Part shown: positions 12,401 through 25,605 of the stretch, piece by piece
How positions within the stretch are numbered: position 1 is the stretch's first letter
How the letters are laid out: each line of letters starts with the position of its first letter
DNA from: Octopus bimaculoides
Lineage: Eukaryota
Reading direction: 5' to 3'
DNA: 64,000 bases
Assembly: GCF_001194135.2 (NCBI RefSeq)
Contig: NC_069003.1
Span: forward strand, 35,737,645 to 35,801,644
The notes under the pieces: model-generated
Seen by the model: only the letters and a program-made list of their open reading frames with translations
What the model was told of the DNA's origin: nothing
Databases searched by the model: none
Program-made: the position numbers and the translations under genes

Positions 12401-14684
12401 ATATTAAACTCACAGGGTCTGGTTTAAATTTCTGTTTCCCTCTATTACTGTAGGAATATATCAGTTGTTGGGAACATTTTTTTCTGTGTAGAATGTCGTT
12501 TTGAATTAATTCATCATTAAAAAAATGAGAATAGAAATTAATCTGTAATCCCAAGGTCGCTTTTCCTTAATTAAAAGGACTTTGAGAAAATATTTATTCA
12601 CTCATAAAATGCATTTTTTACACCTTTCCCCGTGCCCCACCCCCAACATATTGATATTTTACAATACAAAACTATAATTCATATCCCAAAGATACTTACA
12701 GATTGCGTCTCGTCTGAATTTCTAAATTAATCCTGTCACAATACTATAGCTATTTGTTACTATGGTAATAATTACTCTACATTTAAGTAAATTATTTGTA
12801 AGTTTTTCACATTTTTGTATAGTGTTGATAAAGAATCTTTTGCTTAAAGACTTGAATGAAAGGAACGAAAATGTCGAATAACTTCAAAATATAGTCAGAA
12901 AATAAGTCTTAGAATTAACAAGATAGAGATTCAGCAAAAATTTCCACTTTTTACTCTGCTAGTGAACAACTGAAAACTAGAGGTAAAATAGAATTAACAG
13001 TGATTAACTTTTTCATTAGTAAATACTCACTAGGAAATCGCGAAAAGATATTGTGTGAGATCACTCAAATTTTGTGAGCCAGAAACCAATACCAACAACC
13101 CTTTGTGCCATTAACAAGCGAATATAAAGTGATACTTGGGTTTTTTCTCAGTTAATTGAAGCTTTGTAAGATAAATGGAATATTTGTGGAGTTTCTTCTG
13201 TTCATCTAAAGAAAACTTTTTGCTTTATTGTAGAAAATAAATTGTGAATATCCAGATATTATCTCCAAACTGTGTACATATATGAGATGGAAAGTAAAAC
13301 TTTTTAATTTATTTGAATACAATTGAGTCCTATCACTATCACAAAACACATGCCCAGATGAGGATGAACATATCAGGGAAATGTTTTTGTGAGACACGGT
13401 AATTTCTTATTAATTACAAATGACAGCTGAGCAATTTTCGCCTTTTAAAAATATTATTTCGTATGAAAACGTTGGTGTCCGAATCGGTAGAGCGTCGGCG
13501 AAATGTACTTTGCTACGATTCTTTATATTAGTAAACCTAAAAGTTGTTTGCCTTAATGATAGGATTTCACTTACGAGCAGTTTGAAAGTACTTTTGAGCT
13601 GTGGTAGTTTGTTGGCGCGTATCTTGCAAGTACAACGGTATATTCTAAGTTATTTGAACTGTTATACTCGTCTTATTTTCCTTGAAGTAAAACTCCTGGA
13701 GAAATTTCTAGAGCATATATTTTCGTCATACTGCAAGACGTAAGACGGAACATTTGAAGTATTAACCTCTCCTAGGTATTCTTCAGTTTAAGAGACAGAG
13801 AAATACGGTAAATAACCACAGAGAATTATAAGTAATCGAATGATAATATTTTCTTTTTTTCAACATATGGTCGTTTATATGTTACGAACTAGTTTTTATT
13901 ATGAAATTAGCTGTAAATTGTTCTAAAAATAGAATAGAATCTTGGTAACCGTATTGTTTATTGATATACAATGACGAAATAACGAATAAAAAGACAGCTG
14001 CTGTACATGCTTGAAGACGTAAGTAATCTGCTACCTTTCATCTGAAAGATGAAAGGTAGTAAAGCAGTACATATGTAACACAATCACTCACACAGATGGC
14101 TGGGTCCAATATAAACTCCAGATTTATACTGTTGTACAAATACATGTATTTCATAATACTATTGAAACTGGAGTGGCAGAGTATGATTTTAGTGAAGATA
14201 TTCATTATCTACAGAAACATTTTATATCTAAGTAGTTATAAAACGGACATTTTCATCATAAACGAGTGATTTGGAGCTATAGAAGCTGATACCAGACACA
14301 ATGTTGCGATATTTCAAGGTTGGATATCCCTACCGGCCAGTTAGTTGTCCTGCGTGCTTATATAACAGCGGTGTCCTTAAGCTGTATAACATGTGATTTG
14401 GTTAAAATTTCATCAATCAAAATCTAAACGTATAAAGAAATTTCATAAACACATATACAAAATAGAGTTAACACAATCCTTCAAGTAACTTTGACATTAC
14501 CAGTAGCTGAAAAAATCGTACTTCAGATAATGTGTCAAAGAAAAGCTATAAACTAGAGCTTGCTGGCAAATGAGAATGCAAAACTATATATAATATGAAA
14601 AGGTATGAAAAGATTTTGTTTAAAAGTACTTTTGCATGTTATCGATTTCCAATTTATCCAAATTGCTAAATATGGTGTTTATGA

Positions 14685-14724
14685 ATGTATGTATGTATGT
14701 ATGTATGTATGTATGTATGTATGT
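14685..14724. repeat. (ATGT)10 microsatellite at the 3' junction of a Dong-type LINE
   Basis: Directly visible. Confidence 0.98.
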
Positions 14725-15822
14725 CATTGTTCAGTTTTATTTCGAGATTTCTTGCCAATAGAGGAAGAGCTGGTTTCTAACCTAGATCCAAGACTCCTTC
14801 GTTGGAATTTCACCATCAACAACAGGGTATTTTTGTATGCATGTACGTGTGTACATATTTATCTGTGCAGATTTGTATGTATTGTTTTATGTATGTATTC
14901 TCATGCATACAGTTGCAAATCTAGACATTCTCGTATATATTTAAATGATAAACTTCAGGAAAGTCTTACAGATTTTTACAGTTCCAGTGATGGCTTGGAT
15001 CTGCAGTCTTCGAATTAGCTTCCTCCTTTCTGGTTTTGAGAAGCCTAATTTCTGAAGACTGGTATTTAGGAAGTGTGCAACATATCCCAGCGCCCCAATA
15101 ATTGCAGGTATAGACCTGAACTTGTAATCTGGATAGAGTAACTGAAAATTTCTCAATATTTTAGTGTAGGTAACTCTTTTTCACTGGTCTTCAGTTTTGT
15201 TAACAACCGCCGGGCAGCTAATTTACACAACTGTACACAGTTTCTCTTCTCTATCCCGAATCATTCTATGAGGTCTGTTGTGCTTACATTTTATTGAGGT
15301 CTTCACCGGGACATTCCACCAGTATTCCTTTTTGTTATGAGCGACTATGACTTCTACCATACTGTGGGTTCTTATTTCTTTGTCCTCGGGGTTATCCATC
15401 GGACGGATTTCGTTATAGAGTGTCCTAGCTACAGCATCATGTCTCAACGGTAGATTATACCGTGATGACATTTTCGGACAACAACTGTTTATGATGTGGG
15501 TGATATCATCGGTGTTAAATCCACAAAGTCAGCATCGGCTGTCACATTTTACTGCTTTTCCTGCATCTCTATCCCTTTTGTGTTTGGATGATATTTGGAT
15601 GATATTTCCTGTTCCTGGATTGCAAACGCATACCCTTCAAAGTAGGAGGTAGTAATCCGGCTATTGATCCATGATAGACTGCATTGATGATCAATATCAC
15701 TATCATCTCGGGGCTTTCTACTAACATATCCATGCATAGTCTTCTGCTCATATAGGCTTATCCTTTCATCTGATAATACGTTGCGGTAAAGTTGTGCGAC
15801 TTCTTTGGTTATGTATTCTAGG
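14725..15822 (-). mobile_element. 5'-truncated R4/Dong-type LINE with 3' UTR, flanked by (CATA)n on both sides
   Basis: Minus strand: QKTMHGYV; FEGYAFAIQEQEISSKY; SRYNLPLRHDAVARTLYNEI; KEYWWNVPVKTSIKCKHNRP; LLYPDYKFRSIPAIIGALG...TGTVKICKTFLKFII* (stop 14941). A 3' UTR of about 215 nt runs into (CATA)n. Confidence 0.92.
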
Positions 15823-16929
15823 TATGTATGTATGTTCGTATGTATGTATGTGTTATGTATGTATGTATATGTGTGTGCAGGTTTGTGTGTGTGCGTGTGT
15901 GTGAGAGAGAGAAAGAAAGAGAGCGAGAGAGAATAGTTTGCTTCGCAACCACATGGTTCTAGGCTGCGTCCAATTGTAAGGATTTTACTATAATGTCTTA
16001 CGCACGCCACTGCCCCGAATCCCGTTGTATCTACGCCTCTCTCGGAGTAAATCGGTACGATGAACTAAAATACTCTATGGGTTTGAGATATAGACTTACT
16101 CAACTTTACGTCAAAAAGAAGTCAGCCATTTTGATACATTTCGTTCAATAAAATAAGTAACATTAAATACTGGACTGAATCGCCTGAAAACTATTGAAAG
16201 GAGTGCCAAGATATTGCCGTTGTTCAAAATACTGGAATTAGTAAAAGAAGGAATATATACATGTTTGTGTATCTGTGCATGTGAGCTGACGAGTGTGACG
16301 TGGCAAAAAACATAAATCGTCGGATATAACAACGGGAAACATGCTAGAATCGAAGCGAAAACGATCAACAAGATACATCACACAATCTCAATTTATAATA
16401 TTAGATCAATATTGCGTTCCTTTGGAAATGTTCAAACATACATTGATAGATTTTTTTAGTCCCTGGAGAAATTATAACAGAGAAGGGGCGTCGAATTGAT
16501 TCGACCTGAATGTACTACTACGTATATTTATCGACCACTAATGATAGAGATAACGTTACTTTTTAAATATAATTTGAATCGTTATTAAGCTGATCAATTA
16601 TTTATCTCCTTCTTTATATCGCAGTTGGTGAACAATACTGTCGTTAATTTCGAGTTTCAAACGACCAATCATTTACTCAATGCATTTATAGACGGCAAGT
16701 GTGACAACTGAGTTCTGTATATTTCAATGTAGAACGAATATAATAGGGTATTTCACTACAGAAGCACTAGCTTTTCTATTTCCTCGCTGATGTAAAATAC
16801 GATACACGTTCACACATACATGCACACAAACACACCCAAATACTCACACTTATACATGCATATATATATATATATATATACACAAAGAGGGAGCCACTGA
16901 TACATACGAGGTATCAAGAATCTATGGAA

Positions 16930-17660
16930 AGTAGACACACCGGACTGGCTTGCCAAAGCACGGGAAAGCTGAATGGTCAAGAATGGAGACATTAGAAGCA
17001 CCAGAAGCTCATTCATATCTCAATATTATGTACAAATTGTACACAATCTGCTAAAACCAATTTTTCCATGACTATTGCGAGTCTTACGATCTAGTCACAG
17101 GCCAACAAGGTGGAAAGAAAGGATGTGATAACGCTCCGAACAACTTTTGGTAGCTGTATTGTCTGAGGTAAATATTGCAGAAACTTTGCAACATTATGCC
17201 TTCATTACACAAAAAGAGCAAGAAGAGACGGAACAGAGAAGCCCGTAAAATCCGAAAATGCGATCTTAAGTAACGATTATGCCATTTTTTAGTGGAGTTC
17301 ATTACATATGTTGGCAAAAACTGTCCAAAATATCATCTCTCACTGCGACATGCTAAAGAAAACATACAATAACATCTTCAAAAAAAAACTGACCTTGGAT
17401 ATCCCAAATAACAAATCTAGTATGGAATACCTACAAATCAGTAAAAGAATATTAATGAAACATTCCCATCAAAACCACTGCCCAATGCACACATAACAGT
17501 CCTAATATAATTATTTGATACGGAAAATCACGTCATATACAGTCATAGAGCTTAGTTAGTTACCCTGAAGATGTGAACATCAATTCCAAAATCCGCAAGA
17601 AGGGGTACATCTATGGAAAACTGCTTCTAAACCGGATTAAATTTACATTCATACGAACAA
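16930..17660 (+). mobile_element. R4/Dong-type LINE relic (RT domain and RLE pieces joined by large deletions)
   Basis: DTPDWLAK; NIMYKLYT; DLVTGQQGGKKGC; then KEY**NIPIKTTAQCTHNSPNIII* (stops where the 14.9-kb copy has WW); YPEDVNINSKI. Confidence 0.75.
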
Positions 17661-17909
17661 TCATTAAACAACCCTTATTCAGAGACCTTTTGAATTGGAT
17701 AGACTACTCGACCGGAAGAAAATTCTAGCTGGGCCCCACCTGCAAGGCCATGCGTTGTTTATCTGGATATGAGATCACCACGTCGCATGCATATGGTTGT
17801 ATGCATGTACCTGGTGCACCCTTATCAGACGGTTAGTCATGATAGTTACACTGGACTTTGTATATTTTACCCCAGTATCATTTTGATGGCATACACTGCT
17901 CTCTCACTC

Positions 17910-17910
<1 letters not shown>

Positions 17911-17979
<69 letters not shown>
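17911..17979. repeat. (TAA)23 microsatellite
   Basis: Directly visible; abuts the 5'-truncated LINE to its right. Confidence 0.98.
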
Positions 17980-17980
<1 letters not shown>

Positions 17981-18350
17981 AGAATAAACAACACATCAGA
18001 AAGTGATAAGTGCAGAATTTGTGGACAAAATATGGTGAAACCGTATGGCATATTACCAGTCAATGTACGCTACTTGTCCAGAAAGAATATAAGAGACGTC
18101 ATGACAACATAGTAAGGATTGTCCAATGGACACTTTGCAGCAAGTATGGACAAATGTGCCAAGTTGATTCACTAGTCACCATTGAAAACACTGTATCCGA
18201 CATTGTAATAATTAGAGCACTAGGTATGATAAAAAAAAAACGAACATAAACATAGTAGCTATATCTGGACCCTCTACACTACACACTATCCAAAAAATTC
18301 CCTGCTAGGAACAGCCCACAACCTACGCAAGACACTATCTATTACCCAAG
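17978..18350 (+). mobile_element. 5'-truncated, internally deleted R4/Dong-type LINE (TAA-type)
   Basis: YRINNTSESDKCRICGQN; ETVWHITSQCTLLVQKEYKRRHDNIVRIVQWTLCSKYG; deletion; VIIRALGMIKK; LLGTAHNLRKTLS (18302-18340). Confidence 0.85.
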
Positions 18351-18419
18351 TAAAACAATCTACAAACATCAAGACATACTCTATACAGTTAATATCCAAT
18401 AAAATAAACAACCCCACAA

Positions 18420-19961
18420 CATATATTCTACAGATTGTCCGTACTTCGAGTTCCAGGCCCTTCCTAAACAGCACTACCATCCTGTTTCCCATTCCAGGTC
18501 GACTAAGTAATGCGTAAATCTTGAAATCGTCGAAATCCTGGTTTCGCTGACGGCCGTCACATCCATAGCTAGTAATCTGAGGTCGTTGAGCAGGTGACCT
18601 TGCTTCCAGAGTAACTCCAGGTCACGAGCATACATACACAACCTACTCCTAAATCTATCATGATGATCGGACAAGGTTTGGAGTAGCAAAGGGTGTCTAC
18701 TTACCAGCGCTTGCCGTTGCATCAGATGGTTCAGCATCCGTAACTTGTTGGGGTCCCTTTATGAATCCCCTTAAAAACCTACTCTTGGCTTTTACATTAG
18801 AGGTTCTCAAGTCGCGAGGGAACTCACCCTAATGTTTTGTTGTTTTTTGTATTTTGTTTTTGTTTTTTGCTTTTGTTTTTTTATAGAGACATTCGCACCA
18901 TCATCAGTATTTCTGTCACTTGAAAGATGCTGATGCCGATGATCATACGCTCTCTCGATGTCCTTCATTCGTGCTAAGAGAATCATCAATTCTTTGTTGG
19001 CCCTCCTCACAAGCCTGAAGTTTCCTGTTTGTGCGGTTAGTTTAGCTGTAGGGGTTGTTTTCGTTTCGTTGCAGTTGTGGTAGCTGGTTGTGATAGCAGT
19101 AGATGTATTGACAATTGTGGTGCTGGAAAGTTTGGTGATGTGGTAGGCGTGTCTATGGCTGTTATGGATGCGTTTTCTATGTTTCTTGTGAGTGCGTTGG
19201 TGTGAGGCATGATGTTTTATTGTGCTTTCTTTTTGCTGTTTCTGGTTTTCACTCATTTTCACTGCGTGTTGCACATGAATCCGTGTCTGTAGAATCAGGG
19301 AGTGAGTCTATTAATATATTTGAGTTTGGAGGAGGCGGAGAGGGAGAGGGAGGGGAAAACCCCTGGGTGTTCTGTGTGTCCGTTATTATTATTCTTTCTG
19401 ATGTTGAAGGTGGTGGTGGTGGTGGTGGTGGTGGTGATTGTGGTGGTGTTAATGTTGCTGGTGTTGCTGGTGTTAGTGTTCTTCCAGCATTTGCTGATTT
19501 TGCTTTTCCTGTTGTTAATGGTGCCGTTGTTGCCGGGTTGGTGTCGCTTTTGTTGTTGATCGTTGCTGGTTTGGTTGTTAAGGTTTTTGAGGACCTGGCG
19601 TTGGTAGTAGGAGGACTCCATGTTTCCCCGTCTTCTGTTGTATGCAGAAAGCTCTCAAGTAGGCTGTCTGTCTACACAAGTGGCACCGTGGCTTTCTACC
19701 ATCAATAGGAACGTGTAGCTCTTCTCCTCCTGGAAGGTGAATGAGGCTTGAACTCTTATGGATCGTGTATGGTTTAAAGTAGAGTAACACCTCCACGCAG
19801 ATTCCAGACCAATTTTCACAACGGATCCGCTTCACTTCCAGGAGATTATTACTCCCTTCGAAAGCGATACACTCTAAAATCCACCATAAATTTACCTCCG
19901 GTGGAATTCCTGAGATCTTTATCCGCACCGTCCACTTCCTAAATACGTTGGGTGGATCAGA
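18420..19961 (-). mobile_element. L1/Tx1-like LINE internal fragment: ORF1 (RRM-like plus gag zinc knuckle plus P/T/S-rich tail) followed by the ORF2 APE endonuclease N-terminus
   Basis: ORF1: TVRIKISGIPPEV and GRKPRCHLCRQTAYLRAFC (Cx2Cx4[H>Y]x4C, 19644-19685), then a low-complexity tail. ORF2 start near 18660: MIDLGVGC / YARDL..WKQGHLLNDLR..MDVTAVSETR / FDDFKIY..PGMGNRMVVLFRKGLELEVRTI. Clade assignment is tentative. Confidence 0.7.

Positions 19962-20034
<73 letters not shown>
19962..20034. repeat. (ATT)n, i.e. the (TAA)n tail of the adjacent minus-strand LINE
   Basis: Directly visible, about 70 nt after the LINE stop codon at 20105-20107. Confidence 0.97.
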
Positions 20035-21708
20035 TCTTTTTATCACAGGTTTCTGTTGGAACTTCTGAAGTCTTGCATGTATATCGGGCTTGCTGCCTAC
20101 AGCCTCAACTATCTAATATTTTCCTGATTATTCTGGCCGTGCCTAGGAGGCAAACCTTTTGTAACAGTTCTACTGGGTACTCTATTCCGATTTCCTTTAT
20201 ATTCCTCTTGATGCCTTTTGATACTGTCCCCCAAGGACCCAGCAATAATTGGCACTTCACCCTCTTCATTTTCCATAGCCGGGCTATTTCGTACTTTACA
20301 GGGTTGTATTAATCTATTTTTGCCTTCCTTTTTGACTATATGTGGGACAAAGGGGCACGCAACATCAATTACATAGCACATATGGTGAATCTTGTTGACC
20401 ACCACTCGATCCTGTCTGTTATGCTCTAGCACCTGATCTGTTTGAATTGGGAAATCCTAGAGGAATTTTCTAGTCTCCGACTCCGATACTCTCTGCGGTT
20501 TGTGCTCACACTGCGTCTCGCCTCTCGCTATTCCCCACTTTTCGCACAGTTTCCAATGTAACACTTTCGCTACTTTATCGTATCGTCACAACTTATAGTG
20601 GTTTGGGGCAAGTCTAGAGTATTCGTTCGCCATATGGTACTTCTTCCTTTGTCGTTCCTTTTTTCTCTGCTTTCAATACTCCCTCTTTCCTAACTGTCAC
20701 TAGCAAGGTTTCCTTACTTTGGGAAAGGTATCTCATGAAGCTCTTGAGTTCCATCCGTACGCAGTCGTCCACACGTATCAGTCCCTTTCCTCCCTTTGTT
20801 TTTGTTTTTTTTTCATGTATAGGCGATCAGTATCTGCACGTGGATGAAGGGCTCCATACATCGTTAGGTGCTTTCTTGACTTCCTGTCCATCTTCTTTAA
20901 CCCCTCTTCTGTCCGCTTCAGGATTCTAGCGCCATATCGAAACACTGGGACTGTGCGCGAGTTTATTGCCGAAATTATGTTTCTGATATTCAACTTTGAA
21001 GCCAATATCTTTCCCACTCGCCGCAGGCACTCTTTCTTTGTCTTTTCTTTCAAATCGTTGTGTTTAATTTCACCTGCCCAAATATTTCCAGGTATTTATA
21101 ACTGGATTAAGCTTCAATTACCTTAATTGGCATCCATACACCTTCTGTCCTGACAGGCTTTCCTCGTCTCATCACTATCGTAGAACATTTTGAGAGTCCA
21201 AACTCCATCTTAATATTATTCGAGAAAACCTACGCAGACTGAACTTGGCTGTCCACTTTTTGTGAACAGCTTCAAGACGTCCGTGAATAGCAAGTGGTTC
21301 AGTTTTCCTTTACATCTTCCCAGATTATACCTCAACTTTGTCTTCTGTAGTATTTCACTCAAGGAGATCACTCCCAGTACGAATATCAGTGGGGGGACAC
21401 TGTTCCCCTGGAAGATTCTTCTCTTGATTTTCACCTATCCTGATACCTGATTCCCTGCTGTCAATTCAGTTCACCAGCATTTCATGATGTTCCATATAAG
21501 GCTTCTCATGTTTTCTGCTACTCCATACATTTCCATTGGTCTTGTTACCCAGGAATGTGGTATCATATCATTGTTATGCTCTACAGGTGGGTCCCAGATA
21601 CCTCTCCAGAGCGCCCTGCTTTCCTCTCCATCTGGTATCTTTGCATTTGTACAAGTTGACAAGTCTCACCCAGAGACCTCAAGAAACAGCAAGTTAGAAG
21701 TTCATGTT
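20035..21708 (-). mobile_element. R4/Dong-type LINE relic (TAA-type) with RT, RLE and 3' UTR; several internal deletions
   Basis: LWRGIWDPPVEHN; DMIPHSWV; IFQGNSVPPLIF; NHLLFTDVLKLF (YxDD decayed); HPRADTDRLYM; YDKVAKVLHWKLCEKWG; EHNRQDRVVVNK..VIDVACP; QKVCLLGTARIIRKILDS*. The 5' part runs into the gap. Confidence 0.92.
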
Positions 21709-22771
21709 NNNNNNNNNNNNNNNNNNNNNNNNNNNNNNNNNNNNNNNNNNNNNNNNNNNNNNNNNNNNNNNNNNNNNNNNNNNNNNNNNNNNNNNNNNNN
21801 NNNNNNNNNNNNNNNNNNNNNNNNNNNNNNNNNNNNNNNNNNNNNNNNNNNNNNNNNNNNNNNNNNNNNNNNNNNNNNNNNNNNNNNNNNNNNNNNNNNN
21901 NNNNNNNNNNNNNNNNNNNNNNNNNNNNNNNNNNNNNNNNNNNNNNNNNNNNNNNNNNNNNNNNNNNNNNNNNNNNNNNNNNNNNNNNNNNNNNNNNNNN
22001 NNNNNNNNNNNNNNNNNNNNNNNNNNNNNNNNNNNNNNNNNNNNNNNNNNNNNNNNNNNNNNNNNNNNNNNNNNNNNNNNNNNNNNNNNNNNNNNNNNNN
22101 NNNNNNNNNNNNNNNNNNNNNNNNNNNNNNNNNNGAGGTGGCGGCGGCGGCGTCGGTGATGAGGGTGATGACGACGACGATGGGGCATGGGGTTATGGTG
22201 ATGATGGTATCAACAGAGTCATTATGCCACTGTTGATGCATATATCTGTTGTACATGACCAACACTGATGTAATGTCTTCCTACTTACAATATTACAAGT
22301 TTTGTTGCCTTTTTCATAAAATGGAAATTGTGACATGAATTTTCTTTAAGCTTGCATCCAGTTTAATGATTGACATAAGCTGTTATTTCCTCTTATCTTT
22401 TTTACTATATTGCAGTTTACAGAAATATGCTTAGGGGCGGTTCACACTCTATGCCTGATCTTTTTTTTTCTCGGACGAACAAAACATTTTCATTATTTAA
22501 ATACTCTGCGCAGCCAAATGCACTTGCCCGGACTGGCTGGGTATACATTATACATACTGACAGAAAAAAATCCCTTCTATTCTAAAGGTTTGTCCTCCCA
22601 TTTTAGTTGTATTTATATTAAGCAATTCGCTTCACTTTTATTTTATATATAATGGTCATAGATGTCATAAGTTTTAGTAGGATGAACAGAAGAGACAGTA
22701 ATAGTAGTATATAGTTATAATTGCTAGAAATTATTGTAGCTACATTGATAGAAATCATTGATTTTTATATC

Positions 22772-22775
<4 letters not shown>

Positions 22776-22813
<38 letters not shown>

Positions 22814-22838
22814 CACACACACACGCACNNNNNNNNNN

Positions 22839-22870
<32 letters not shown>

Positions 22871-22910
22871 CACACACACACGCACGCACACACACGCACA
22901 CACACACACA
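22776..22910. repeat. (CA)n microsatellite with a 10-N gap
   Basis: Directly visible. Confidence 0.97.
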
Positions 22911-24661
22911 CGTTCGTACACATATTATATTACGCATAAATACGCTTTACTACCACATCTACCACTACTACCACTCCAACTACTTTTGCTATAACAACAA
23001 TACCTACTACTACTACTACTACTACTACAACTACTTTTGTAGCTACTATTCTTTTTATGGTACTGCTATTAATCTACCATTTATATTTAAGTAGTTGCGT
23101 ACGTTGTAACCGTATAATACCAGCATCCTATTCTTTTGTTTTCGTAAAGACTTTTGATGTCCTTTCTTATTACGATCAATTTTTCATTCTTCATACAGTG
23201 ACCTCAAGAATCTATACTTTAAGCATGGAATATGTTGTATAAAAAACGCTTACTGTAATTTGTTTAATATAAAGAATAATGCAGGCATATATATAATATA
23301 TATATATAATTATATATATATATATATACATTTTGCACATATCACAACTATATTTTTGCATATTTGTTAAACAAGGTATATTTAAACATTTTGTATTATT
23401 TTCTGCTTTCTTTAGGAATTGACTGTATTCAGATAGTCATATCTAACTAACTATTTGGCAAATTCATTATGCATTTATTTTTCTCTTCTAATGAACAAAG
23501 AATTCTAATTTTTGAGAAGGTTCTTGTTTGCGCGCGTAAAACAGAATGGTGGATTTCGTATTTCTCATATTATTTGAACATCCCACTTTATCGGCTTTTT
23601 TCCCACGTGGATAGAATTTGAAATGATATTCATGTTCGAACATGTGTCGAGAATATTCGAAGAGTTAGAAATTACATTAAATTATCCAGAATTCTTCTTC
23701 AATTTATTAATGTAACACAACAAATAACATCGTTTATGTACGTACGTATGTATGTATGTATGTATTTGTATATGTATGTATGTATGTATGTGTACATAAA
23801 TATTATATCCCTGCGCAGATACACACGCATGCATACCAATGCACACACTCAATTACATGTGTTTGCATTTGTGAGTGTGTGTGTGTGTGCTTAAACTTGC
23901 TTGTGTGAGAAGATTTTTGCAGGGGTTTGCAGATGCTTAGGTTGAGCCTTTATCTTAGTTATAGTTGCCACTTGATGTATTTAGTGCAACGATAGATGTT
24001 TGTCTTGTTAATGTAATAGTTACCATTCCCTCTTATTTACTTTTGTTCCTCTGGATTGACTATTGATATCCGGCTAGCTTTTAATCGCACCAAGTTACAT
24101 TTTATTAGAATCTAGTAAATATAATTAATTCCTTAGAATAGACCATGCCCTATCTGAACATTTTGATGGAGAAATATTTAACCGATAATTAAAGATTTCA
24201 AATTTATTTGTCCACCCATAGTCAATATTCAATATGAAGCAATGTTAGTAAATAAATATGTGTGCTTGTATGCATGCAAACATAGAAACACACAAAAGCA
24301 TACAAATACAAACACTCAAACACGCGCACACACACAGATACACACACACACACACACACACAAATATACATGCATATACTAAAAGACGAAAAACATTTAG
24401 GAAATGAGGTACAAATGTAATAAATATATTTGAATAAAATTGAAATGAACTTCAATGAAAATTTAAATAATTCAAATTTTAGCTAAAGCAATATAGACTC
24501 GTTGTGCATGTGTATTAGATCCAACCAGTAGACTTTGTTGGGGCGTCGCCTGCGAAGAGTATATCTGCATCCAAATGCGCATTTTTTAACGCCTTGCAGA
24601 ATATATAAGTGCTACAAACAAAACAATGCAGAATATACCAGTACTACAGTTACAGATATGA

Positions 24662-24698
<37 letters not shown>

Positions 24699-24807
24699 AT
24701 GTCTATATTTGTTGTGTCATATATATGTATATATATATATGGTATGCAGCGAAATTGTCTACAACAATTCATCTACAGCAATTTATCTACGGCCACACAC
24801 TCACACA

Positions 24808-24808
<1 letters not shown>

Positions 24809-24875
<67 letters not shown>

Positions 24876-24920
24876 ATATGTATATGTATATGTATGTATA
24901 TATATATATATATATATATA
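24809..24920. repeat. (TA)n microsatellite
   Basis: Directly visible. Confidence 0.97.
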
Positions 24921-25365
24921 CTTGCTATACCCATAAATACATAAGCGTGGTTAAGAGATTTACTTCGTAACCATGTTGTTTTGAGTTCAGTCCTATTACA
25001 CACCACCCTCGATAAGTGTCCTCGGTCTGTCAATGCACTAAGAGTATGTTTGGAAGGCGGGGACTGCGTTGAATCCCGATGTAGTTCGAGTAATTGATAA
25101 CGAGCTACTCGATGCTGGAGCAGCGCGTAAAAGAGTTACTCGAACATGTGTGTGTGCCTCTAAGTGCCAGTGTATATGTGTTTGAAATTCTCAAGCAATT
25201 GTTATTCTAAATTTAGTTTAAGACTTACAATTAAACATTTATTGATGATGTGGCTTCATACTGAGAGCAACGTTGTAATGTAGAAGCAAATGAATATCCC
25301 TTAACGGGTCATGTTGACTCTCCAGTTAAATGAAGGGTTAGGCGACACTTCAATTCTCAGTCAAA

Positions 25366-25401
<36 letters not shown>

Positions 25402-25403
25402 TT

Positions 25404-25550
25404 GGCGCAGGCGTGGGTGTGGTAAGAAGTTTGCTTCCCAACCAAATGGTCCCGGGTTCAGTCCCATTGTGTGACTCATTGTTCAAATATCTACTATAGC
25501 CTCGGGCCGGCTAAAGCCCAGTGAGTGAATTTCTTAGACGAAGCTCATCG
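25404..25550 (+). mobile_element. tRNA-derived SINE, type B (5' part)
   Basis: A-box-like ggcgtgggtgtggt, B-box gggttcagtccc, and ctactatagcctcgggccg. Homologous to 34869-35266. Confidence 0.85.
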
Positions 25551-25566
25551 TACATGTATATGTGTG

Positions 25567-25605
<39 letters not shown>

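Noticed and set aside
19202-19708. 168-aa plus-strand V/G-rich ORF that looks like a membrane or glycine-rich protein
   Set aside because: It is the antisense reading of the P/T-rich tail of the LINE ORF1 on the minus strand.
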